From NCBI GenBank assembly GCA_004431415.1, contig QPMI01000578.1, positions 40,054 through 104,053 of the forward strand: 64,000 nt of DNA. Reading direction: 5' to 3'. The stretch comes from Cyanophora paradoxa CCMP329 (Eukaryota > Plantae > Glaucophyta). The translations under genes were made by a program, and so were the position numbers. Every line of letters starts with the position of its first letter. Positions within the stretch are counted from its first letter, which is position 1. Positions 53,010 to 63,649 of this stretch are shown here, one piece after another. The notes under the pieces were generated by a model. It was not told where the DNA came from and searched no databases. It worked only from the letters and a program-made list of their open reading frames with translations.

Positions 53010-53912
53010 AAATCGTGCGCACACATACATATGTTATTGAGTCCGTTCTGCTAATCCTTATAATCTCTGCGAAATGCACTTGCAGTTTGCGAAATGCGAG
53101 AGCGCAATCCCAAGTTCTTCGAGAGCCTTGAAACAAAGTAGTTTGAATTACACAGCTCTCTCGTCAAGAACTGCTCCACGTGCACCAGCACAAGACGAGA
53201 AGCACATGTTGGTGTCGCATGCAGGTAAAAACCATTGCACGTTAATCAACACATGAATTAATTGAATGTATACGCAGGGTTTCTATTCGCTGTTCCCTCT
53301 TATGCAGTACGTACACTACCAGGAATCTCGATAAATATAGCCAGCGAACAGATCTAGAGCGAAGCTTACAGACGGTATATCTTTCCAATAGACTATTACC
53401 ATCCGGACTTAAGCATTTCCTTGCCTCCCCAAAACTCTATTGCTAGAATAGTTATAGCAATCAGAAGGTCAGGTACATATGCACGCAGACATGCAGCTTG
53501 TTAAAGATCCGGCCGCGGAGGTAAGGCTCCTAGGAAACGGTACAGGTAGAATTTGTAATGTAGAACTTAGGTAAGGCTTGGTAGCCCGAGTGTATACGTA
53601 GTGGTATCCTGTTCGTGTCGTAGATTTGTTGTGTAATATGATGTGTTAAATATATTTGAATCGTTGTGTAAAGTTTCGGATTTCCAAATTCGTGCTGCAC
53701 TACGGCGCCGGCTTCGACTTGGATCCGAGACGAATGCGACCAGCATGACTACTATATAGTTCACGTCTCCTGCTACTCAGAATTCGAATTCGAGAAAACA
53801 ATACAGCAATCTCTGTGCAGAAGAATCTGTGTTTGGCTAGTGCGCATGGCGTCGGCGACCACGAATAAGATGCAGCTGCGGACCCGTACTAGGTCCTAGG
53901 GATTTGCACTGG

Positions 53913-54535
53913 CTAGGATCCGGAAACGGTCGCCAGGAAGGGCACGTGCTCGATTTCGGGACCACCTCATGCCTCGCGACGTAGAACAAATCATCCGGGA
54001 ATGGCCCTGTACTCGACGCCTGTGCACATGCACGCGTGAATTCGGGAATGCCGCATCAGAAATCAAGGTAAGAAGCAAAGATCGCTTGCACCGGCGGCTC
54101 GAAGCAACGGCTTTCTGGATCGTACCAATAGAGCGCAAGCCGCTAACATTGCCTACAGAGTTGCATTCGCAGTCCAGGTCGAAGTAAGCCTGGATCAGAA
54201 GGTCTGTCTGCCACGACATAGAAACATCTATCCTGACGCGCACTGGCCTGCCTGTTGAGATCAGGCACACAATCAGGGCAACGATGCCGGGTTGCAATTG
54301 CACGTGTGCACCCGTCTTTTCAGTGACGCGTAGCGGGAAGGCCGGCAGTCACCGAGAACCGCACCTCGACTGAGCTGCCCCCGTGCACGAGCCGCGGTCG
54401 TGGCGCGTATAGAGCAATCAGCACTTCCGACTCTGCGATCTGCTCTGCTGTCGGCGGCATGCGCAGCTGTCCCGCTGTCACTCCTGACTTCCTTGCAGCT
54501 TTGGTAGCGAGCTGTTTTCGAGGTACTTTCTGCAT
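53913..54535 (-). CDS. Family member 3: H3(14-28) mimic plus shared domain
   Basis: [18 protein letters not shown] is 14/15 identical to H3 K14-S28. It is followed by PPTAEQIAESEVLIALYAPRPR..SSVEVR and RPVRVRIDVSMSWQTDLLIQAY. Confidence 0.7.
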
Positions 54536-54562
54536 TCTGGAACGCAGTCCGACAGCGAGCGA

Positions 54563-54893
54563 ACCGAGCGCCGCCGTCTTTGGAGCCTTGCTGGTGCGTG
54601 GTCGAACGAGTACCCCCGGCAGGAAGTTCCCCCCGGGCAAAGCCGCCGGGGCAAAGTCGCCGGGGCAAAGTCGCCGGAGCACTGTCGCGGTTTCCGGAGC
54701 GCCGGATCTGGAGCTGTGTTCTGCTAGCGTCCGAAGTGCTGTCGGCGGGGCAAGCGGTCAAAGTGCTGTCGGCGTGGAAGCGTGGCACGTGGCGCTCGAA
54801 AGGTGCGCCGGATGCCTTCTTTCCGCATGCGCACCCATATATAGCGGCCTTGCGCGTGCGTCCGTGCGGCCTCCCTTGACAGTAGCGTCTCTC
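54563..54893. repeat. Dispersed element X, copy 3, between divergent genes
   Basis: Sequence identity to copies 1 and 2. Confidence 0.9.
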
Positions 54894-54897
54894 AGGG

Positions 54898-55730
54898 ATG
54901 AATGCACACGAGGAGACGAAACGCAAACTCGAAGAGAGCGAACAGGAGGTTGATTATGAGCTTGAGACGAGGAAAGCGGCCCGGCGCGTGCGGAGAAACG
55001 TGCGCGAGATGAGGCGTCGCGGCGGCAGCTCGAGAAGCAAGCGTCAGCGGAAGCGGTGGCGGAGATTCATCGACGTCTGCGGAAGGCTGAGGAGCGGGCT
55101 GCAGCCGCCAAGAACGACGCAAGAGCTCTCAGCGACGACGAAGAAGTGGAAGAGCGGCCAAAGGAGGTTCCGTGTCGTACCTGTGTCGAGAACCCATCAT
55201 CCCCACTGTGCATATGCGCCATCATCCTGGGTATCGAAAGTGCCAGCACTTTGCACGAACTCCCTATGGACGTTCGGCCCTTCGCTAATTTGGCGCTTCG
55301 GATTGCCAAGCTCCACCGGCAGTCGCGGGCCTTCGACATCCTCCCCCAGTCGGCGAGGACAGCGATCGCGAAGGAGAAGGTGAGGACACGAATTACTGCA
55401 CCACCCTGATTGAATCTCTGCCGTCGGAGGGGGAGGGAATCTGGACCTGAACAGTGCGCATGGCCTTCTGTTTTAATTTACCCCGAGAAATTTTGCTTTC
55501 ACAGAGCCAGTGATCATGAGCACAGGGGACTCTGGGAGGACATCTGTATGGTCACCCTCGAAGGTTTTCAAGTGGTGAAGAGCCCGCTGCGCATGTTTCA
55601 GCTCTGTGATGGTGGTTTCCGCGTTTGCGATCCTCTTCATCCGTCCGTGGATGAAGCGCTTCGCGACCTCTGCGGACTCTGCCTCAGCAACAGCGACCTC
55701 GAGTTCTTTAGGACATTTCCAAGCGCCTGA
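54898..55730 (+). CDS. Hypothetical protein starting MNAHEETKRKLEES, with coiled-coil and CxxC-x7-CxC segment (frameshift as assembled)
   Basis: Shares its N-terminus with 51418. AEIHRRLRKAEERAAAAK..PCRTCVENPSSPLCIC; second exon ..QLCDGGFRVCDPLHPSVDEALRDL, a 72-bp piece of which is copied at 56907-56978. Confidence 0.4.
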
Positions 55731-56165
55731 AAGAAAAGCAGGCCACTGAACAAGCACGCAAGCACATTTTGCATGACTTTTGACATCTTGCATGTACCTT
55801 TGAACAAGCACGCAATAGTATACTGCAGCTGAAGCTTGAGCACCTCAACCTCGGAACCAACCTCAACGGGCCGGGGCAGGGGGGGCACGTAATTGTATTC
55901 GGAAACTTTAACTCTTCGATGGTTTTCGCATACATAGTTCTCTGGAGAATTCCAACTCTTCGATTTATGCGATCGCGGCCGCGGCAGCCATGCCCAAGGC
56001 GCTCTGAATTCGAATTCGAGAAGACAATACTGCTACCAATCTCTGTGCACAAGAATCTCTGTTCGGCTAGCTTGCATGGCGCCGGCGGCCACCGCTAGCG
56101 TGCATGGCGCCGGCGTGCAATTCGAATAAGATGCAGCTGTCGGACCGCTAGGGCCTTGACACTGG

Positions 56166-56803
56166 CTAGGATCCTGTAACGGTTGCCAGGAAGGGTGCAT
56201 GCTCGACTTCCGGGATGATTTCCTTCATTGCCACGTAGAACAGGTCATCCGGGGATGGCCCTGGACTCGACGCCTGTGCGCATGCACGCGTGAATTCGGG
56301 AATGCCGCATCAGAAATCGAGGTAAGAAGCAAAGATCGCTTGCACCAGCGGCTCGAAGCACCGGCTAGCTGGGTCGTACCGATAGAGCGACAGCTCGCGG
56401 CGATCAATGGGCACCGGTGTGCAGCGCAATTCCCGGTACGCTTGGGCCAGAAGATCTTTCTCCCACGTCTTTGAAACATACAGCTTGATTCGCACAGGCC
56501 CTGCGCGTTGCAATTAGGGCGCACTGGCAGAGCAACGATGAACCGGACACATGTGCACCTGTCATTTCAGTGACGCGTGGCCGAGAAGGGCGGCAGTCCC
56601 CGAGAACGCGCACCTCGACAGAGCTGCCCTCGAGCTCGTTCTCGAGCCGCGGTAAACGTCGCGGCGTGTATAGAGCAATCAGCGCTTCCGACTCTGCGAC
56701 CTGCTCCGCTGTTGGCTCTGGATCGGGTACGAATCGTGAAGTAGGCGGTGCTTTCTTGGTCTGGGTCTAGTGCCGAGAACTTTGCGGGGAGCTTGCTTGA
56801 CAT
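56166..56803 (-). CDS. Family member 4: degenerate H3-like N-terminus plus shared domain
   Basis: KQAPRKVLGTR (cf. H3 [10 protein letters not shown]); VLGDCRPSRPRVTEMTG|PVRIKLYVSKTWEKDLLAQAYREL..YRYDPASRCFEPL|ASSPGPSPDDLFYVAMKEIIPEVEHAPFL. Confidence 0.6.
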
Positions 56804-57130
56804 TGCTTCTAGAGATGCGCGGCCGCAACGTTAACCCCAATGCCTTAATGTTTACCCCCCGGTGGGATTACCCCCTGGGCATACTGACCGTGACTTCGTT
56901 CGCGATTCAGCTCTGTGATGGTGGTTTCCGCGTTCGCGATCCTCTTCATCCGTCCGTGGATGAAGCGCTTCGCGACCTTCGCGAAATCAATGCCGATACA
57001 TTAAATCGCGACGAAAATTCGAATTGACAAAACGAAGTACAGCATTCCCTGTTCAAATATCGTGCATGGCGTCGGCGGCCATGAATTCCAATAAGATGCA
57101 GCTGTCGGGCCGCTAGGGCCTTGGCACTGG

Positions 57131-57761
57131 CTAGGATCCGGAAACGGTCGCCAGGAAGGGCGCGTGCTCGACATCCGGTATTACCGAATTCCTCGCCACG
57201 TAGACCAGGTCATCCGCGAATGGCCCCAGCGGACTCGACGCCTGTGCACATGTTCGCGTGAATTCGCGAATACCGGATCAGAAATCGAGGTAAGAAGCAA
57301 AGATCGCTTGCACCAGCGGCTCGAAGCACCGGCTAGCTGGGTCATACCGATACAGATCCAAAGTGCGGAAATCGATTACGTACGCATGACAGTTCAGGTC
57401 CATGTACGCACGGGCCCGAAGAACTCTCTGCCACGACATTCGAAAGTTTGAAATATCTATCGTGACTCGCACAGGCCCTGCGCTGTTGCGATTAGGGCTG
57501 TTGCGAGGCGAAGATGCAACCGGGTTGGACCTGTCATTGAAGTGACGCGTAGCGGGAAGGCCGGCAGTCACCGAGAACGCGAACCTCGATAGAGCTGCCC
57601 TCGTTCTCGAGCCGCGGTCGCGGCGTGAATAGAGCAATCAGCGCTTCCGACTCTGCGATCTGCTCTGCTGTCGGCTGTCGGGACTCTGTCGCTGCTGACT
57701 TCCGTGAAGCTTTGGAAGCGAGCTGCTTGCTGCTTGCTGCTGCTTCGTCGCCGCGCTGCAT
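57131..57761 (-). CDS. Family member 5: H3(18-29) mimic plus shared domain
   Basis: KQLASKASRKSA is 10/12 identical to H3 [12 protein letters not shown]. Then PTAEQIAESEALIALFTPRPRLENEGSSIEVRVLGDCR and LDLYRYDPASRCFEPL. Confidence 0.65.
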
Positions 57762-57865
57762 GTTCGAAATCCGCAGGAATGCGCAGGCGCACCGTGATCT
57801 ACTGCGCGCAGGCATGCGCAGGCATGAAATCATGAGCGCCAGACTCGATCTACTCAATCTGCTGG

Positions 57866-57962
57866 GTGCCGCTTTTGGAGCCTTGCTGGTGCAGTGGTCG
57901 GACGGGTACCCCCCGGCAAAGTAGTTCCCCCGGGCAAAGTCGCCGGGGCAAAGTCGCCGGGG
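57866..57962. repeat. Dispersed element X, copy 4 (truncated)
   Basis: ttggagccttgctggtgc..ggtcggacgggtacccc..gggcaaagtcgccggggcaaagtcgccgggg. Confidence 0.85.
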
Positions 57963-58329
57963 ACACTTGGAGCGAAGACGCGAGGAAGCTCCAGTACGCA
58001 AATTTAGAGTATGCAAACCCGCCCGAACCGTGGAATCAACCATTTGAACGCACTGCCGCATACGCAGGTCAAAACCTCGTCCGGAGCGCCCTGCAGCGGA
58101 GCACCTCGGTTTAAAGCTCCGGTTCTCACAAGTAGAGGTAGGCAAACCTGCAGATCCGTGAATCAACCATTTGAACGCAGCGCGGCACACGCAGGTCGAA
58201 ACCTCGGCCGAAACCTCTTGCAACTCCGAGCTCAAGCGGGTACTTGGGGAGAAGCGAGAAGCTCCCGCAGTAATGCACACGCAAAGCTGTTCACTCGAGC
58301 CCACGCACTTGCAGATGTGCGCCCGTGCC

Positions 58330-60230
58330 TGTGCTGTGTGAATGCACGTGGACTTGCAGCTGAGTGTGCAACAGGTTGAGAACACGTTCAGAGCCCTCCT
58401 TTTGGATTCGAAGAACACTCCGCTCTTCATTCGTCCGAAGTGGCTTTTCGGTTCGCCGAAGGAGCAGGGATATCGTTCCTTGGAATCGCGTCACCCAATT
58501 TCCGGATATGCATTGACAGTACCTTCCTCGCATCGGACAACCACAGAGCAACTTTGGTGCCTCTGTTTGATCCAAGCATCGTCTACTGCGGGGTGTGAGT
58601 AACAGCACGGAGCACGTCGAAAGGATTCGTAAAACTCTTGATATCCAGTGGCCGTCACTTCGGGCGATCGAAATCGACGACCTAGCCACCGCAGCGAAGC
58701 TGGACGGAACCTTGCAGAAAGACAGAAGACAAAAAGGTCTCAAATCCGGAATCCAGATCTTTCTACGGAATTTTTGCGTAAGGCGTTCGAGAAACCTGAG
58801 GATTTCAGATTCTTCGGGACTGGCTGGGACAGCGCCGAAGTGGACGAGACGAGGCTGGCCTTCGCTTTTCGGGAATTGGAAACAGGCATCGGGATTATCA
58901 AAGTCATTTTAAAAGGGTGGGGTTGAAGCTGACTTCTGCAAAGTTTTCGCTATCACTATCTATCGCTCTCGCAAACTTCCGCTATCGTTTAGTATCCGGA
59001 GACGAGCAGGAGGTTTGTCCTCGACGTCTGTGATAAAGAGGTGAGCTTGCTTTACTTCTGCTTTTTCAACCCGGCTGTTCTGCTGTTAATTATAATCGCA
59101 GGATGCACGTGTTGCTCTGGAGCTGAGCAAGTCTGAATGCGTCGACGGTGGAAAAGATGCATCCGCTCCGACACTGACACCTTCGATGCAAAAAGAAAAG
59201 GATGCTTCGAACAAACCTTTCCCTCCCATTTCATTCGTCCCAGCGCAAGGTGCCTCAAATCTCCAGTCGGAATGGTCTTCAACCTATGGAGGCTGTCACA
59301 AACACACTGGTGACACGATGAAAGACAGTCTATCTATCCCTCGGATAAGTTGAATTCCGGCTCGCAGTACCGGTTCTCAGAATGCCGAACTTCGGATCCG
59401 GAGGAGATTCGATGCTTGCAGCAGCAGGTGAAATCACTTCAGGATGATAACGCCTTACTTCGACAAGCGAAAGAGCGCGTCGACGGTAAATGCCTTTTTT
59501 GCGTTCAGCTATAACTGCTTCAGTTAATTAGTATCCGCGCGTAATCCCCGCTGCAGCCCCGACTGCAGCGGCTGCAAGAAAACGCTTTCCTGTCGCCCAG
59601 CTGCAGCGGCTGCAAGGTCGAATCGCTCAGGGGCGCCTCGTTCATTCTTCTTTGAAACGTCTGCAGGCCTCCAGAATGAGAATGCTTCCCTGCTCGCCCA
59701 GCTGCAACGGCTGCAAGGTCGAATCGCTCAGGGGCGCCTTCGTTCATTCTTCTTTTGAAACGTCTGCAGGCGTCCAGCATGAAAATGCTTCCCTGCTCGC
59801 CCAGCTGCAACGGCTGCAAGGTCAAATCGCTCAGGGGCGCCTTCGTTCATTCTCTTTTGAAACGTCTGCAGGCGTCCAAATGAGAATGCTTCCCTGCCGC
59901 CCAGCTGCAACGGCTGCAAGGTCAAATCGCTCAGGGGCGCCTTCTTTCATTCTTCGTTCGAAACGTCTGCAGGCATCCAGAATGAGAATGCTTCCCTGCT
60001 CGCCCAACTGCAGCGCTGCAAGGTCGAATCGCTCAGGGGCGCCTTCTTCCAGTCTCCTCTTGAAACGTCTGCAGGCGTCCAGAATGAGAATGCTTCCCTG
60101 GTCGCCAACTGCAGTGGCTGAAAGGTCAAATTGCTCGGGGCGCCTTCTTTCATTCTTCGTTTGAAACGTCTGCAGGCATCCAGAATGAGAATGCTTCCCT
60201 GGTCGCCCAGCTGCAGCGGACCAATGGTGT
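58330..60230 (+). CDS. Hypothetical multi-exon protein ending in coiled-coil repeats (structure uncertain)
   Basis: Protein-like exon fragments (QVENTFRALLLDSKNTPLFIRPKWLFGS; LRKAFEKPEDFRFFGTGW; EEIRCLQQQVKSLQDDNALLRQAKE) lead into the 102-bp repeat. Confidence 0.3.
59596..60220 (+). repeat. ~102-bp tandem repeat, about 6 copies, probably coding (NENASLLAQLQRLQG)
   Basis: Unit starts at 59596, 59697, 59800, 59900, 60003, 60104 and 60206. Confidence 0.9.
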
Positions 60231-60951
60231 TTTTTTAGACTGCTTTTCGATTTAGGTCTCGATTTGACCGTTTCCCGTGCGTGTAGCTGTGAATGCAGCT
60301 CCCCAAGCGCAACTGCAGCGGCTGACCGGTTTCCACTTCGCCGTTTCTCGGAATTGGGATTTCTGAGTGACTGATAATGACTGCAGCTATGAATGCGGGT
60401 CTCCAATCTCAGAAGAAAGCTCTTCGTGGTACGCTATCTCACTCCTCGCGGTACATTCAATTTCCGGCCTTGAGTATGGGTATCTTAGATGAAGTCACGA
60501 CGCTTCGTGGTACGGCGGTTTCCTCCCCGATGATTTTATGAACGTCGCGGTACATTTATGTTACACCTCGTTCGCGATTCTTTGTAAATGTCAGCTGAAA
60601 TTGCGACACTGCGAGGTATGGCGGTTCCCCTCGATGCATTTTATTTACTCCGATGCTGATATTGTGATCAGCAAAAATCGACGACCTGGAGGATGCTGAA
60701 TTCCAGCGCCTGTTCGAAGGCGTGCTCAATATTTAGACGTGTGATCTTCGTTTAAATCACAATTGAATTTCAGTATTGCACTGAACCTGCTGTTCAAATA
60801 CGATTTAATCGGGAAGCTTCCACACAGTGCATACTCAGGCCACGGTCATAGAGGAAGGAGGGGGGGAAGAGAAGGGGGGGGAGTGCCGAACTTACCGCGC
60901 CGCAAAAAAAGCCGGCTTGGCGTGCAGTGCTGCCACAACTCGAAGCTGCTG

Positions 60952-61580
60952 ATGGCGAAAGTGAAAGAGAGAGCGCGTATGTCTACAGGCGGAAAAGCTC
61001 CTCGAAAGAACCTCGCACAGCGGCCGCGGCCGCCGACAGCGGAGCAGGTCGCGGAGTCGGAAGCACTGAATGCTCTTTACGCGCCACGACCGCGGCCCGA
61101 GAACGAAGGCAGCTTTGTTGACGTACACATTCTCGGCGACTGCCGCCTGCCCGCTACGCGTCACTGCAATGACAGGTGCAAATGTACACCGATTCACCGT
61201 TGCTCTGCCAGTGTGCCGTGAACTCAACAGCGCATGCGCAGGGCCTGTGCGAGTCACGATCCGTGCTTCGGACTCGAATGCGTGGAAGAGCGAGCTACTG
61301 GACCTGGCGTTCGAGGAGCTGCACTGCAGTACGCATGTGCACCTCGAGGAGCTGGTGCTGTATCGATCTCGTACGACCAAGCAGGCTGGTACTTCGAGCT
61401 TCCGTGCAAAGCGATTGTTGCGTCTTACGGTGATTTCTGATGCGGATCTCGCGAATTCACGGTGCGCGTGCACAGGCGTCGAGTCCGGGCCATCCCCGGA
61501 GATCTGTATTACGTCGCGAGGAGGATATCATCCCGGAAGTCGAGCATGTACCTTTCCTGCGATCAATCAGGAATAGTTGC
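60952..61580 (+). CDS. Family member 6: H3(1-21) mimic with K9M plus shared domain
   Basis: [23 protein letters not shown] vs H3 [23 protein letters not shown]. Then PPTAEQVAESEALNALYAPRPRPENEGSFVDVHILGDCR and |GPVRVTIRASDSNAWKSELLDLAFEEL. Small indels in the assembled frame. Confidence 0.7.
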
Positions 61581-61699
61581 AAGTGCCGGCATCCCTTCCC
61601 TAGTCCGGATTTCGTAGCCAAAAATACGCGGATGTATATACGTATACGCGCGGCACGGATACAACAGGAGCGCCTAATTGCCAGCGCTGTAGTGCAACA

Positions 61700-62330
61700 C
61701 GAGCGCCTCAAATTCCTCCTACGGCGCTCTATGTAGTCTCCATCTAAATCTAGATCTAGAGGGTTGCTCGCATTTCGCGCTCTGCGAAGTCCACAACCAG
61801 ATCCCGCACTAGCGAGCGTGTCACCGTTGCCACTGGCCACGGGCGGGAGTGAAAACAGCACTAACCTGATGGCCGTCATGCTGCACTGCTCGCTGTACCG
61901 ATTGATGACGTCAATTCATTTCAAGAGAATTCTGCGAGCTTGCGCGAGCCTCGCGCCAATGCTGTCGTAGTATCTGCAGACCTTGCCGTCGATAACCAAG
62001 AGTGTCCAGTGTCGTCGGTTGTTGACGGGGACGAGAGCGCGTGTGCTGGTGCCATTCAAGTGCTCGAGTAACGCTTCTAGTAGGATTCAGCGTCGTGGAG
62101 GCGAGCGGATGTGCGATGAACCAATTCTGTGTGACTGCCTCCTGGCCGCCGCCGCGCGGATGCAAACGAGCGCGCTCTCGATTGCGCTCGATGACAGCCA
62201 CAAATCCCGGCTGCAGCTGAAGCTGAGCTGATGCCGAACTAGATCTGCGCTAACGATCTTCGGCCGCGCCTTGACTGTGCCCAGCTCCTCCAACTCAGAA
62301 GAGGGCTCTGGGTCACCACACTGCAGCTGT
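61700..62330 (-). pseudogene. Ulp1/SENP-like (peptidase C48) cysteine protease, degenerate or mis-assembled
   Basis: Motifs in the canonical order: DLWLSSSAIE (~62200), ALVPVNNRRHWTLLVIDGKVCRYYDS (~62040-61960), WQR..CGIW (~61830-61797). Frameshifts or stops lie between them. Confidence 0.6.
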
Positions 62331-62916
62331 CTTTGCCGCCGTATGCGCTTCTTAAAACTACAGGAGAGGGCTTCGATCTGAATCATCACATTGCATATCC
62401 CGCCGGCGCTTCGCTGCCTTCGCGGAGGCCATCTGCGAGATCCGGAGAACGGACGACCTAGGCCTGCAGGGGAACAAGCCCGCATGAGTTCCAGCGGCGA
62501 ACTGTAAAGGCAGAGCACGAAGCGGGCGTGCACATTCACGAATGCCGAAGTCGACGGCCTATATCTATCAACGTTCAACGTTCAGCGCCTTGATCATGAA
62601 CAGGCCACGCGGCGCCCGAGTCCACGTCAGCGAGGCTGCGGCGATGGCTAAGCCTCCGCTAGCTGTTTTACGCGCTCTACTCGATCTCCGACCACCGGTC
62701 ACCGCCTGAAAGCTTCGAGACTTGCTGGCGCATTGAGCGCACGTGTACCCCCACTAGTCCATCCCGGGCCGTCCGGGCCGTCCCGGACGAGACCAAGATC
62801 CAGCAATCTAGCGTCTGCACAGGCAGCGCGGCGCGAGCTCGAGGAGCGCGACTCCCCAGTTTCCAGTTTTCCGACAGATCTAGCGACTCTCGGAATTTCG
62901 AGGCGCGCTCGCTCTA

Positions 62917-63544
62917 ATGGCGAAGACAAACAAAAGGCGCGAAAGTACAACGGATCGATTCCTCAGAAGAAAATGCCTACCAAAGCTCAGAAAGCGAAGT
63001 CAGAGCCGGAGCCCGACCCGTCAAAGAAGCAGGTGCCCGAGAACGAGGGCAGCTCTAAAACTGTCGAGGTGCGCGTTCTCGGCGACTGCCGGCCTGCCCC
63101 GCTACGCGTCACTTCAATGACAGGTGCATGCCCGGTTGCATCGTTGCTTCTGCTAGGTGCCGTGACTCAACAGCGCATGCGCAGGGCCTGTGCGAGTCAC
63201 GATCCGTGCTTCGACTCGAATGCGTGGAAGAGCGAGCTACTGGACCTGGCGTTCTTGGAGCTGCACTGCAGTACGCATGTGGATGACCGCGGCACTCTGG
63301 CGTGCATTGGTACGACCCAGCAAGCCGAACCTTCCAGTCGTTGGTGCAAGCGATCTTTGCGTCGTATACGTACGGTGATTTCTGCTGCGGATCTCGCGAA
63401 TTCACGGGTGCGCGTGCACAGGCGTCAAGGGCGCAGGGGCCATCCCGGATGATCTGTTTTACATACGAAGGAATACAGTTGATCCGGCCGTCGAGCATGT
63501 ACCTTTTCCTGGCGGATCCGGACGCAGTGATAGAGCTTGACTAG
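62917..63544 (+). CDS. Family member 7: diverged full H3-tail mimic plus shared domain
   Basis: Adding one A in an A-run gives MAKTKQKARKYNGSIPQKKMPTKAQKAKS. Then ENEGSSKTVEVRVLGDCRPAPLRVTSMTG|PVRVTI..AWKSELLDLAFLEL..YDPASRTF. Confidence 0.6.
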
Positions 63545-63649
63545 CCCATGGCCGTGGCTGGAATTGCGTTTGCATGTTCGTGCTCTCATGTATGAATTGT
63601 TCACTTCGAGTGACTGTCTAGCTGAAATGATTGACAATTGCATGATCGA

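Noticed and set aside
52490-53700. Possible degenerate transposase fragment (PWIRIYRYRCRTHHC, minus strand)
   Set aside because: Too short and interrupted, with no catalytic motif recognisable.
54480-54535. Histone H3 gene
   Set aside because: Only tail residues match; no histone-fold sequence (e.g. YRPGTVALREIR) was seen after any copy.
56255-56345. Conserved TGA after ..ASYLDF suggesting readthrough or selenocysteine
   Set aside because: It lies within a conserved GT..CAG intron (gtgcaagcg...gcacag) present in the family copies.
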